DNA of 40,498 bases. It comes from an uncultured Alphaproteobacteria bacterium (GTDB lineage: Bacteria > Pseudomonadota > Alphaproteobacteria > Caulobacterales > Caulobacteraceae). Of the stretch, positions 1-8,936 are shown piece after piece; position 1 is the stretch's first letter, and each line of letters starts with the position of its first letter. The DNA lies in NCBI GenBank assembly GCA_903928755.1, contig CAIYSH010000222.1, positions 1 through 40,498 on the forward strand, read 5' to 3'. The notes beneath the pieces were generated by a model that saw only the letters and a program-made list of their open reading frames with translations, was not told the DNA's origin and did no database searches. Both the position numbers and the translations under genes were made by a program.

Positions 1-196
1 AGACCAGGGCCAGGACCATGGCCGGACCCATGATGATCCGGTAGAGCTTGAGCTCCATGGTCTGGAAGGTCCTGTCCATCTCTGACCCGGCCGCCACTTC
101 GGTGTGGTAGGCAAACAGCCTGGGCAGGTACATGATCCCTGCCATCCAGGCGATCACCGCAATGATGTGCAGGCCGCGCATCAGGTCGTAATTCAT
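1..196 (-). CDS. hemJ: Protoporphyrinogen oxidase HemJ, 5' part (runs off the window edge)
   Basis: Manual translation from ATG at 196: MNYDLMRGLHIIAVIAWMAGIMYLPRLFAYHTE... This is the HemJ signature (H-x-x-A-V-I-x-W-M-A-G, YLPRLF-x-YH). AAGGAGG RBS upstream; directly follows hemH. Confidence 0.9.
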   Translation of the reverse strand, partial: MNYDLMRGLHIIAVIAWMAGIMYLPRLFAYHTEVAAGSEMDRTFQTMELKLYRIIMGPAMVLALV

Positions 197-198
197 GG

Positions 199-1239
199 TC
201 AGGCCTCCTTGGCCGCACATCTGACAGCGCAGTTCTTCTTGCCAGCCGGGCAGGTCCATCCCCCGTCGGCCGAAACGCCCTTGTCCTGCTCAAGACATGT
301 CCTGGTCGCCTGGGCCAGGGCACCGATGAAGGCCGGCTCGGTTCCCAGGGCCGGGGCCCGGAGATAGGGGGTGCAACCGACCTCATGGGCCAGCTCGCCA
401 TATTCGTGGTCCAGCTCCACCAGGGTCTCGATGTGTTCCGAGACAAAGGCGATGGGCACCACAAGCAGGCCTATCCCCTCCTCCCCGGCCCGGCGGATTT
501 CAGCGTCCGTCGACGGGCCGATCCATTTCAGCGGACCAACCCGGCTCTGATAGGACACCCGCCAGTCGGTCAGCTCGGGAACCCGCGCCGCGATGGCCGC
601 AGCTGTAGCCTCGATCTGGACCTGGTAGGGATCGCCCGCCTCGATGATCTTTTCCGGAAGGCCATGGGCCGAAAACAGCAGCCGGACATTGCCCGGCTTG
701 CCCGCGGCTTCCCAGGTGGAGGTGATGCGGTTGACGTGGGCCGTGACCACCCCGTCTGAAACCGGATAGCAGCAGATGGTCCGGGTGCGGCCAGATCCCT
801 TATAGGTCTCGTTCCACGCCTTGAGGGAGGATCCCGAGGTGGTGGTGGAGAACTGGGGATAGAGCGGCAACAGCACGATCTCATCCGGGGCGAAGGCCGC
901 GACCTCAGCCGCCGTCTCCTTCGTAAACGGCTTCCAGTAACGCATGGCGATGAAAACCCGGACCTCGTCCTGCGGCCTCAGGGCCGAGAGGCTGGTCTGG
1001 AGGGCGTCGGCCTGGGCCTGGGTCTGGGGCAGGATGGGTGAGCCTCCACCCATGCGGTCATAATTGGCCTGGGCGCTCTTCTCCCGGGTGGTGGAGATCA
1101 GGGCCGCCAGGGGATAACGGACGAAGAACGGCGCTCCGATAATGGCCGGGTCTTTGAAAAGATTATACAAAAACGGACGAACGGCCTTGGGGCCATCCGG
1201 TCCGCCAAGATTGAACAGGACAACGGCCAGACGGCTCAT
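199..1239 (-). CDS. hemH: Ferrochelatase
   Basis: Motifs LFNLGGPD, LPLYPQFS, FSAHGLP, YQSRVGP..W, F.SEHIETL.ELD. C-terminal Cys cluster (C..C..C) is compatible with a [2Fe-2S] type. 4-bp overlap with hemE. Confidence 0.97.
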   Translation of the reverse strand: MSRLAVVLFNLGGPDGPKAVRPFLYNLFKDPAIIGAPFFVRYPLAALISTTREKSAQANYDRMGGGSPILPQTQAQADALQTSLSALRPQDEVRVFIAMRYWKPFTKETAAEVAAFAPDEIVLLPLYPQFSTTTSGSSLKAWNETYKGSGRTRTICCYPVSDGVVTAHVNRITSTWEAAGKPGNVRLLFSAHGLPEKIIEAGDPYQVQIEATAAAIAARVPELTDWRVSYQSRVGPLKWIGPSTDAEIRRAGEEGIGLLVVPIAFVSEHIETLVELDHEYGELAHEVGCTPYLRAPALGTEPAFIGALAQATRTCLEQDKGVSADGGWTCPAGKKNCAVRCAAKEA

Positions 1240-2276
1240 CGTCCAGTCACCCGGCGAATGGTCCGCTCAAGATGCGCGATGGGGGTGTCAGGCAAGACCC
1301 CGTGGCCGAGGTTGAAAATATAGGGGCCGTCAGACCAGGCCTCGATCAGGGCGTCCACCCTTGCATCAAGGGCGGGTCCGCCGGACCGCAGGAGCAGATT
1401 GTCCAGGGCGCCCTGGATCGCCTTGCCGCCAGACTGGATGGACTTGCCAAGAGCGATGGGCGCCTGGGTGTCCAGGGCTACAGCCTGAACCGGAACCTGG
1501 GCCGCGTAATTGGCCACGAGGGCTCCGGCACCGCGGGGGAAGCCGATGAAGGGCGCATCAATTCCGGCTGCCCGGACGCGCTCTATGACCGCCTTATGAG
1601 GATTGATGACAATCCGCTGGAAGACATCCTCGGCCAGACCTTCTGCCCAGCTTTCGAAAAGCTTGAGGACCTGGGCACCGGACCTGGCCTGCATGACCAG
1701 ATAACGGGCGGTGGAGTCCACAAGGATTTCAAGCAGCTCATCCAGTTTTTCCGGATGCTGATAGGCATAGGTCCGGGCCCTGGACCGGTCAGATCCACGT
1801 CCCTCGATCATGTAGGTGGCGACCGTCCAGGGCGCGCCGGCAAAGCCGATCAGGGCCCGCTCAGGTTCGAGTTCAGCCCGCACACGACGGAGGGTTTCGC
1901 CAATATTGGCCAGAAATGCTGTTGAGGACTCGATCCTGTCACGCATCAGGCCCAGATCCGGCAATTCCCCAAGCCGGGGTCCCTCGCCGGCTTCGAACCA
2001 GACGTCCTGGCCCAGGGCCTGGGGGATCAGCAGGATGTCAGCAAACACAATGGCCGCGTCCAGAGGGAAGCGCCGCATGGGCTGCAGGGTCGCTTCGGCA
2101 GCCATTTCGGGATTGAAACAGAAGGCGATGAAGTCCTTGGCCCTTGATCGAAGCTCAAGATATTCCGGAAGGGATCTGCCAGCCTGACGCATGAACCATA
2201 CCGGTGGCCGTTCAAAGACCTCTCCGGCAAGGGTTGCAAGGAGCTTGGGCCGGATTGAATTCTGAACCTGAGACAT
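1236..2276 (-). CDS. hemE: Uroporphyrinogen decarboxylase
   Basis: PVWFMRQAGR, AAIVFADIL, IGFAGAPWT.ATY, IFNLGHG motifs. Start reassigned to ATG 2276 (MSQVQ...); the track's N-terminal extension runs into the origin. Confidence 0.97.
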   Translation of the reverse strand: MSQVQNSIRPKLLATLAGEVFERPPVWFMRQAGRSLPEYLELRSRAKDFIAFCFNPEMAAEATLQPMRRFPLDAAIVFADILLIPQALGQDVWFEAGEGPRLGELPDLGLMRDRIESSTAFLANIGETLRRVRAELEPERALIGFAGAPWTVATYMIEGRGSDRSRARTYAYQHPEKLDELLEILVDSTARYLVMQARSGAQVLKLFESWAEGLAEDVFQRIVINPHKAVIERVRAAGIDAPFIGFPRGAGALVANYAAQVPVQAVALDTQAPIALGKSIQSGGKAIQGALDNLLLRSGGPALDARVDALIEAWSDGPYIFNLGHGVLPDTPIAHLERTIRRVTGR

Positions 2277-2385
2277 GACGCCCTTAAACCGTCTTCCTGC
2301 CCTGCACTCAAGGCCCTCGCCGAACGGTCGGCTATTCTTCAGAAAGTTAGAATCTGAATTTGAGTTGTAGGAGCAGCGTATGGGC

Positions 2386-2394
2386 TGTCGATAA
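2386..2394 (-). promoter_or_regulatory. DnaA box-like 9-mer TTATCGACA
   Basis: One mismatch to TTATCCACA. Abutted by TTTTCCCCG (2395-2403, minus strand) and followed by a GC spacer, NAG trios and the AT-rich tract. Confidence 0.7.
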
Positions 2395-2517
2395 CGGGGA
2401 AAACCCTGGTTAATGCGGTATCTGAACACCAGGTTCCACGCCTGGTGCCCAGCTTCACCCACAGCTGTCCCCGGACCCTGTGAGTTTCGGGGACAGTCCT
2501 CCAACCCCTCGTCACCG

Positions 2518-2532
2518 TTAAGGATTCATTAA
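2518..2532. promoter_or_regulatory. CtrA binding site, perfect TTAA-N7-TTAA
   Basis: TTAA-GGATTCA-TTAA; the spacer contains a GANTC (GATTC, 2523-2527). Confidence 0.85.
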
Positions 2533-2573
2533 CCTCCCTGCGGCAGGGGGCCGGGGATGGCGCAATGGCCTCG

Positions 2574-2588
2574 TTCATAAATCCTTAA
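2574..2588. promoter_or_regulatory. CtrA binding site, one mismatch
   Basis: TTCA-TAAATCC-TTAA followed by CC. Confidence 0.6.
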
Positions 2589-2859
2589 CCTTTATGAACA
2601 GCCTGAGGGGATCGAATATCGCGGGGGCAGGATCCCGGCTGCAAGGCCCGTTCATCCCCGTAATCACGGTGCCGCGCCCCTGTCTCAGCCTTCTCCCCAA
2701 ACCGGACCCAGATGGTTACCGGACTGTCGACAGGTTTTTCCCCAGAAATCCCCGGCCCCTGAAGCCCCACCCCGGGCAAAACCCTGGCATGTCTCGACCG
2801 AAGCCGCCACAGGTCCTATCTAGGACATCCCGGGACCTTGGGTGAGACCTGCCGAGACC

Positions 2860-3702
2860 ATGACCACACCGCCGCGCATCTCGACCTTTTTCCATGTCCA
2901 TCTGGTGTCTGATTCCACCGGCGAAACCCTGAACGCCATGGCCAGGGCGGTCTGTGCCCGGTTCGAGAATGTCCTGCCCATCGAGCACATCTATGCCCTG
3001 GTCCGGTCCCCCCGGCAGCTGGAACGGGCCCTGACCGATATCGAAGCTGCCCCCGGCGTCGTCATGCACACCATTGTCGATGACGATCTCCGCTCAGCCC
3101 TGGAAGAAGGCTGCCGGCGTCTGGACATGACCTGTATTGCGGCCCTTGACCCCCTGGTCTCGGCCCTGTCGCGGTATCTGGGGGCCTCACTGAGCCGCAG
3201 GGTCGGTGTCCAGCACACCCTGGACAATGACTATTTCAACCGGATGGATGCGCTGAACTATGCCATTGGTCATGATGATGGCCAGGGCGGTCAGGACCTC
3301 AGCCAGGCAGATGTCATTCTTGTGGGCGTATCTCGCACCTCCAAGACCCCCACCTGCATCTATCTGGCCCACCGCGGGGTCAGGGCTGCCAATGTGCCCC
3401 TGGTCCCGGGCCAGCCGATTCCGGAAAAACTGCTCGAAGTCCGCCATGCCATGGTTGTTGCCCTGACCGCTTCCCCGGACCGGCTGATCCAGATCCGGCG
3501 CAACAGACTGCTGTCCCTCAAGGAAAACCGGGAATCTGCCTATACGGATGTGGATGCCGTCCGCGAGGAGATCGTCCAGGCCCGCCGGCTCTATGAGCGC
3601 CAGGGCTGGCCGGTGATTGACGTCACCCGCCGCAGCGTTGAAGAAACAGCCGCGGCGGTTCTGAACCTTCTGAATGGCGGCCGCGGACAGGTCGAGGACT
3701 AG
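2860..3702 (+). CDS. Pyruvate, phosphate dikinase / PEP synthase regulatory protein (DUF299 kinase-pyrophosphorylase)
   Basis: HLVSDSTGET, HDDG, GVSRTSKTPT..YLA, IDVT..SVEETA motifs; canonical origin-flanking gene. Confidence 0.93.
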   Translation: MTTPPRISTFFHVHLVSDSTGETLNAMARAVCARFENVLPIEHIYALVRSPRQLERALTDIEAAPGVVMHTIVDDDLRSALEEGCRRLDMTCIAALDPLVSALSRYLGASLSRRVGVQHTLDNDYFNRMDALNYAIGHDDGQGGQDLSQADVILVGVSRTSKTPTCIYLAHRGVRAANVPLVPGQPIPEKLLEVRHAMVVALTASPDRLIQIRRNRLLSLKENRESAYTDVDAVREEIVQARRLYERQGWPVIDVTRRSVEETAAAVLNLLNGGRGQVED

Positions 3703-4305
3703 ATGCCCGGACACCAAATGCTTACCCTGGCTTCCAAGAGCACGGCGCGCAGTGCCGTCCTGCGCGGAGCCGGTCTGGTTTTTGAAACCGCCGATTCCGG
3801 CGTGGACGAGGACAGGACCAAGCTGGCCCTGCTGGCCAGGTCCGCAAGCCCCCGGATCATCGCCATGGCCCTGGCCGAAGAAAAAGCCCTGACGGTTTCT
3901 GCCCAAAGGCCGGGCCTGGTCATCGGCGCTGACCAGACCCTGGAGCTGGAGGGGGGCCTTTTTGACAAGGTCGCCGATCTGGACGCTGCCCGGCACAGGC
4001 TGCAGATGTTGCGGGGCAAATCCCACCAGCTGCATTCGGCGGTGGTCCTGGCCCGCGGCGCCCAGGTGCTCTGGCAGGAAACCGTAACCGCAAGCCTGAC
4101 CATGCGGGATTTTACCGACGACTTCCTTGAAGACTATCTGCGGGAGGAAGGCCCGGCTGCCCTCGGCTCTGTAGGCTGTTATCGACTGGAAAGTCAGGGC
4201 GTCCAGCTGTTCTCTGCCATTGACGGCGACTATTTCACCATACTCGGCCTGCCCCTCATGGGCCTTCTGGAGCGTCTGCGTGCAGATGCCGTGCTGGTCC
4301 CGTGA
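3703..4305 (+). CDS. maf: Maf family nucleotide pyrophosphatase
   Basis: [27 protein letters not shown] motifs. Confidence 0.92.
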   Translation: MPGHQMLTLASKSTARSAVLRGAGLVFETADSGVDEDRTKLALLARSASPRIIAMALAEEKALTVSAQRPGLVIGADQTLELEGGLFDKVADLDAARHRLQMLRGKSHQLHSAVVLARGAQVLWQETVTASLTMRDFTDDFLEDYLREEGPAALGSVGCYRLESQGVQLFSAIDGDYFTILGLPLMGLLERLRADAVLVP

Positions 4306-5153
4306 CCCTTTCCGGCAAGACCCGCGTGGCAGGGGTGGTTGGCCAGCCTGTCCGCCATTCCCTGAGTCCCATCCTGCATAATGCCTGGTTGAAGGCCGCT
4401 GATCTGGACGGAGTCTATGTGCCGTTCGAAATCGCCGAGCTGAACTTCGAGGCTTTCATAACGGGACTGCGCGGCAGCGGCATTGCCGGGCTGAATGTCA
4501 CCCTGCCCTTCAAGCTCCGGGCCCTGGCGGCCGCCGATCAGGCGACCCACCGCGCGCGTCTGGCCGGGGCTGCAAATGTCCTGATTTTCCAGAAAGATGA
4601 CACGATCCTGGCCGACAATACTGACGGCCTTGGCCTGCTCTGGGCGTTTGCCAGCCAGGCGCCCGGTTTCGACCCCCAGGCCGGACCTGTGGCCATCATC
4701 GGCGCAGGGGGTGGGGCACAGGGTGCCGCAGCGGCCTTCCTCGAGGCCGGATGCCCGAAGGTCCGCATCCTCAACCGCACACTGGAAAAAGCCGAACAGG
4801 TTGCCCAGGCCCTGGGTGCGGGTGCCGAAGCCTGGAGCCTGACCCGGGCTGTCGAGGGCCTCGACGGCGTCATGGCTGTGGTCAATGCCACCTCGGCAGG
4901 CCTGCTGGGCGAAGGCCTTGACCTGCCCCTGGACGCCACACCGCCCGAGGCGGTGATCATGGACATGACCTACAAACCCCTGATCACCCCCATTCTCACC
5001 CGGGCCCGGGCGCTGGGCCGCCAGACGGTCGATGGACTTGAAATGCTGGTTGGCCAGGCTCGGCCCTCCTTTGCCGCATTCTTTGGCCAGGAGCCGCCTC
5101 TGGGTGTCGATGTCCGTCGCCTGGCCCTGAATGTCCTGGAGCACAGCACATGA
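4302..5153 (+). CDS. aroE: Shikimate dehydrogenase
   Basis: [41 protein letters not shown] motifs. Confidence 0.95.
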   Translation: MTLSGKTRVAGVVGQPVRHSLSPILHNAWLKAADLDGVYVPFEIAELNFEAFITGLRGSGIAGLNVTLPFKLRALAAADQATHRARLAGAANVLIFQKDDTILADNTDGLGLLWAFASQAPGFDPQAGPVAIIGAGGGAQGAAAAFLEAGCPKVRILNRTLEKAEQVAQALGAGAEAWSLTRAVEGLDGVMAVVNATSAGLLGEGLDLPLDATPPEAVIMDMTYKPLITPILTRARALGRQTVDGLEMLVGQARPSFAAFFGQEPPLGVDVRRLALNVLEHST

Positions 5154-5791
5154 TCACCCTTGGCCTGACCGGCTCGATCGGCATGGGAAAATCCACCACG
5201 GCAGCCATGTTCCGGGAGGCCGGTATCCCGGTCTATGACGCCGACGCCGCGGTTGCCGAGATCTATCTCAAGGGCGGCGCAGCCGTCGCCCCCCTTGAAG
5301 CGGCCTTTCCGGGGGTGACCCGGGACGGTGCCGTTGACCGGGAAGCCCTCCGCCAGAGGGTGCTTGGAGACGATGAGGCCATGGCCCGGCTGAATGCGGT
5401 GGTCCATCCCCTGCTCGGCAAGGACAGGCTGGCCTTCTTCGCCAGGGCGCAGGCGGCGAAGGCCGATCTGGTCGTCCTCGACATTCCCCTGCTCTATGAA
5501 ACCGGGGGGGAGCGGAATATGGACGCCGTGGCGGTGGTGTCGGCCCCGGTCGACCAGCAGAGACAACGGGTCCTGGCCCGGGAGGGCATGACCCCTGAAA
5601 GACTGGACGCCATCCTTGCCCGCCAACTGCCCGATGCCGAAAAGCGTGCCCGGGCCGATTATGTCATCGATACCGGGAACGGGCTGGAGCCTGCCCGGGC
5701 CCAGGTAAACGCCCTGATTGCCGATCTCAGACGGCGCGGGCCCGCAGCTGCCACAAGCGAGATTGCCCGGGACCCCGAAACGCGCCAATAA
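5150..5791 (+). CDS. coaE: Dephospho-CoA kinase
   Basis: [13 protein letters not shown]-loop, DAD, HP, DIPLLYE motifs. Confidence 0.96.
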   Translation: MITLGLTGSIGMGKSTTAAMFREAGIPVYDADAAVAEIYLKGGAAVAPLEAAFPGVTRDGAVDREALRQRVLGDDEAMARLNAVVHPLLGKDRLAFFARAQAAKADLVVLDIPLLYETGGERNMDAVAVVSAPVDQQRQRVLAREGMTPERLDAILARQLPDAEKRARADYVIDTGNGLEPARAQVNALIADLRRRGPAAATSEIARDPETRQ

Positions 5792-5796
5792 AAACC

Positions 5797-6498
5797 ATGG
5801 CGCGCGAGATTGTCCTTGATACGGAAACCACCGGGTTCGAACCCCACCTGGGGCACAGACTGGTCGAACTCGCCGCCCTGGAAATCGAGGATTTCATCCC
5901 GACCGGGCGCAGTTTCCACATCTATCTCGATCCTGAGCGGGACATGCCGCCCGAGGCTGAGAAGGTCCACGGCCTGTCCGAAGCCTTCCTGCGGGGCAAG
6001 CCGAAGTTTGCAGACCCGGAAGCGGCAGAAGCCTTTCTGGAGTTTGCCGGTGATGCGCCCCTGGTGGCGCACAATGCCAGCTTTGACCGGGCCTTTGTGA
6101 ACTGGGAGCTGAACGCCATCGGCCGTGCGCCCCTGCCGGAGGCTCGGTGGGTCGATACCCTGGCCCTGGCACGCCAGCGCTTTCCCGGCATGCACAATTC
6201 CCTGGACGCCCTGTGCAAACGCTTCAAGATTTCCCTGGCCGAACGGGACAGGCACGGTGCCTTGATCGATGCCCGGTTGCTGGCTGCGGTCTATCTGGAA
6301 CTCAAGGGTGGCCGGGAGCGGACCCTGGAACTGGTGGCTGAGGTCCCGACGACGGTTTTCGGCACCCTGCGGGAAAATGCCTACGGGCCCCGGCCCAGAC
6401 CGGTGGCGACCCGGTCAACAGAGGTTGAACGGGCCACCCATGCGGCTTTTGTCGCCACGCAGATCAAGAGCGGGATGTGGAAGAAATACGGCGTCTGA
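5797..6498 (+). CDS. dnaQ: DNA polymerase III epsilon subunit
   Basis: DEDDh exonuclease motifs LDTETTG, VAHNASFD, SLDALC, HGALIDA. Confidence 0.96.
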   Translation: MAREIVLDTETTGFEPHLGHRLVELAALEIEDFIPTGRSFHIYLDPERDMPPEAEKVHGLSEAFLRGKPKFADPEAAEAFLEFAGDAPLVAHNASFDRAFVNWELNAIGRAPLPEARWVDTLALARQRFPGMHNSLDALCKRFKISLAERDRHGALIDARLLAAVYLELKGGRERTLELVAEVPTTVFGTLRENAYGPRPRPVATRSTEVERATHAAFVATQIKSGMWKKYGV

Positions 6499-6523
6499 CC
6501 CCGATCGCCGCGGCGGTCAGCAA

Positions 6524-7021
6524 TCAGGCATTGCCCACCACGACGCCCTGGCCCTCAGCCTGGGCCTTGCGGGCCGCATAGACCCCGGCGAAATCAATCG
6601 GATCCAGCAGGAAGGGCGGGAAGCCACCATCGGTGGTGACGTCGCCAATGATCCGACGGGCATAGGGGAAGAGGAACCGGGGACATTCCACCAGCAGGAC
6701 CATTTCCATGTCCTCGGGTGAAACCCCTTCAATGGCGAACAGGCCGCCATAAAGCAGCTCGACCACGAACAGGGGGCCGTCTTCGCGCATGGCCTTGGCC
6801 GAAAGTTTGAGGTCGACCTCAAAGAGCCCATCATCCCGCCCGCGGGCGTTCATCTCGACGCCCATGTCGATCTGCGGCTGGGGACCGCCAGAGCGCAGGA
6901 CATCGGGTGACAGCGGATTCTCAAAGCTCAAATCGCGGATGAACTGTGTCAGAACCCGGATGCCGGGCTCGGCGGCCTGACCGTTGGCAGGCGGCGCGGC
7001 GGACTGATCAGTATCGCTCAT
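6524..7021 (-). CDS. secB: Protein export chaperone SecB
   Basis: [32 protein letters not shown]...Y motifs. Confidence 0.96.
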   Translation of the reverse strand: MSDTDQSAAPPANGQAAEPGIRVLTQFIRDLSFENPLSPDVLRSGGPQPQIDMGVEMNARGRDDGLFEVDLKLSAKAMREDGPLFVVELLYGGLFAIEGVSPEDMEMVLLVECPRFLFPYARRIIGDVTTDGGFPPFLLDPIDFAGVYAARKAQAEGQGVVVGNA

Positions 7022-7177
7022 GACAAGGTTCCGTGATGATCGGGATGTCCGTTTACATCCGTTTCGAGGCCGCGGCTGCTAACATGAGGTTGGGGGCGAT
7101 GCAATGACGGGCCTGTCGCGACGGCAATAACAGCCTATATGAAGACTTCCGTAACCCAGGTGAGCGACGAAACCCAA

Positions 7178-7789
7178 GTGCTTCAGATGATCATCTTTGC
7201 CGCCCTGGCCGCCGTGGTCCTGTTCCAGCTCTATTCGGTGCTGGGCCGCAGGATCGGTCGACAACCGGAAGACGCCGCGGCCGGTCCGGCCCTCGGTCCG
7301 CCGGTCAGCGAGCCGGGCCTGGTCCCGGAAACCCCCGCCCTGGATGGTGCTGCGGTTACGGGCCTGGCGGCCATCAAGGCCAGAGACAGTGGATTTGACC
7401 CCCTTAGCTTTCTGAATGGGGCCCGCTCCGCCTACCAGAAAATTGTCCAGGCCTTTGCGGCAGGCGACCGCGAAAGCCTGAAAGACCTGCTGTCGGCCCC
7501 GGTCATGGCCGCCTTCGACCGTGAAATTACGGCCCGGGAAGCCGCTGGTCGCACGGAAGCGATTGAGTTCCTGCAGTTTCCCCGGGCCGATCTGGAAAAA
7601 GCGATGGTCGAGGGTGAGATTGCCCGCCTGACGGTCCGCTTCCTCGGCGAATTGCGCAGCCGCACCAAGGGGCCGGAAGGGGAAGGGGTCGAGGACCGCC
7701 GGACGGCCGAACTCTGGACTTTCGAACGGACGCTGGACAGCCGTGATCCCAACTGGGTCCTTGTCCAGGTCGGCGCAGCGGAGGCCTGA
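7178..7789 (+). CDS. Tim44/TimA family membrane protein (start uncertain, 7160-7187)
   Basis: N-terminal TM segment then LYSVLGRR; FDP..FL.GA..AY..I..AF; C-terminal WTFER...DPNW.L; sits in the secB-timA-mltA-smr context. Confidence 0.88.
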   Translation: MLQMIIFAALAAVVLFQLYSVLGRRIGRQPEDAAAGPALGPPVSEPGLVPETPALDGAAVTGLAAIKARDSGFDPLSFLNGARSAYQKIVQAFAAGDRESLKDLLSAPVMAAFDREITAREAAGRTEAIEFLQFPRADLEKAMVEGEIARLTVRFLGELRSRTKGPEGEGVEDRRTAELWTFERTLDSRDPNWVLVQVGAAEA

Positions 7790-7793
7790 AGCC

Positions 7794-8936
7794 ATGCGGC
7801 CGGACAGGCTTGCAGCCGTCGCGGCCCTGCTGATCCTTGGCGCCTGTGCCAGCACGCCGAAGACGCTGCAGGTCCGGGTGCCTGTGCCCGCTCGGAATGT
7901 TGCCCCTGCCGAGCCGGTTCCGACCGCGCCCCCTCCGACCGCGCCCCCTCCGGGCGAGGTGTTGGCAGAGGGGTTTTCCGACCTGCCGGGATGGCCGCAG
8001 GAGGATCACGCAGGGGCCCTCCGGGCCTTCCTCCAGACCTGCATGGCCGCCCGTGACGCTGACATGGCCGTGGTCTGTCGCCGGGCGGGGACCATGATCG
8101 ACCCCGATGAGGTCCACGCCCGCGCCTTTTTCGAAGACAATTTCCGCCCCGAGCGCCTGTCGGGGGAAGGCCTGCTTACCGCCTATTTTGCCCCGGAATA
8201 CGAGGCCCGGACTGCGCCGGACGAAGATTTCTTCGCCCCTGTGCGGCCAAGGCCCGCTGACCTGATGATCCGGGACGGGCAGGCCTGGAAGTCAGGAGCC
8301 AACGGCACCCTGACCCCCTATCCTGACCGTGCCGCCATTGAGGCCCAGCCCAGCGCAGATGCCCTGGCCTGGATGCGGCCGGAAGACCTGTTCTTCCTGC
8401 AGGTCCAGGGATCCGGCGTCCTGACCTATGAGGATGGCCGGCGCGAAAAAGTGCTCTATGCCGGCAATAACGGTCAGGCCTTTGTCGGGATCGCCGCGCC
8501 CATGCGTCGCCAGGGCCTGTTGCCGGAGAACGGCACCTCCGGCGAGGCGATCCGGGCCTGGCTGTCTGCCCACCGGGGCCCTGAGGCCGAGGCCGTCATG
8601 CGCCTCAATCCCCGCTATGCATTCTTCCGGACAACGCCCGACGACGGCATTGCCCCCCTGGGCGCTGCGGGCCTGCCCCTGCCATCAGGCCGGGCCATTG
8701 CCGTCGACCCCAGACATCACGGCTATGGGGAGCTGATCTGGATCGATGCCGATGCGCCCAATCTGTCCGGTGCCTTTCCGGCCTATCAGCGACTGGTCAG
8801 CACCCTGGACACCGGTGGCGCGATCAAGGGCGAAATCCGGGCCGACCTCTATCTGGGTCAGGGGGCCGCCGCCGGGCTCGAGGCCGGTCGTGTCCGGCAT
8901 GTCCTGCGCATGCACAAGCTGGTTCCCAGACCGTGA
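7794..8936 (+). CDS. mltA: Membrane-bound lytic transglycosylase A (lipoprotein)
   Basis: Lipobox LGAC; TAYFAP, FFLQVQGSG, NPRYAFF, AVD, DTGGAIKG..RADLY.G motifs. Confidence 0.93.
   Translation: MRPDRLAAVAALLILGACASTPKTLQVRVPVPARNVAPAEPVPTAPPPTAPPPGEVLAEGFSDLPGWPQEDHAGALRAFLQTCMAARDADMAVVCRRAGTMIDPDEVHARAFFEDNFRPERLSGEGLLTAYFAPEYEARTAPDEDFFAPVRPRPADLMIRDGQAWKSGANGTLTPYPDRAAIEAQPSADALAWMRPEDLFFLQVQGSGVLTYEDGRREKVLYAGNNGQAFVGIAAPMRRQGLLPENGTSGEAIRAWLSAHRGPEAEAVMRLNPRYAFFRTTPDDGIAPLGAAGLPLPSGRAIAVDPRHHGYGELIWIDADAPNLSGAFPAYQRLVSTLDTGGAIKGEIRADLYLGQGAAAGLEAGRVRHVLRMHKLVPRP
7920..7952 (+). repeat. 15-bp tandem repeat (CCGACCGCGCCCCCT x2.2) in the mltA Pro-rich linker
   Basis: Exact duplication 7920-7934 / 7935-7949 encoding PTAPP-PTAPP. 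Confidence 0.85.

Larger units (their letters stand above)
2277..2859. other. Probable chromosomal replication origin (Cori/oriC)
   Basis: About 580-bp non-coding gap between divergent hemE and the DUF299 gene, the known origin position in Caulobacter and other alphaproteobacteria. Contains an AT-rich patch (about 2333-2368), a DnaA-box-like 9-mer, CtrA sites, GANTC sites and multiple TCCCC motifs. Confidence 0.88.

Noticed and set aside
2277-2504. 76-aa N-terminal extension of HemE in the ORF track
   Set aside because: Not HemE-like and overlaps origin motifs; the family-typical sequence begins near ATG 2276.
2585-2845. Short ORFs inside the origin (2585-2779 minus, 2594-2845 plus)
   Set aside because: No recognisable motifs or RBS, Pro/Gly/Arg-rich, and overlapping regulatory sites.
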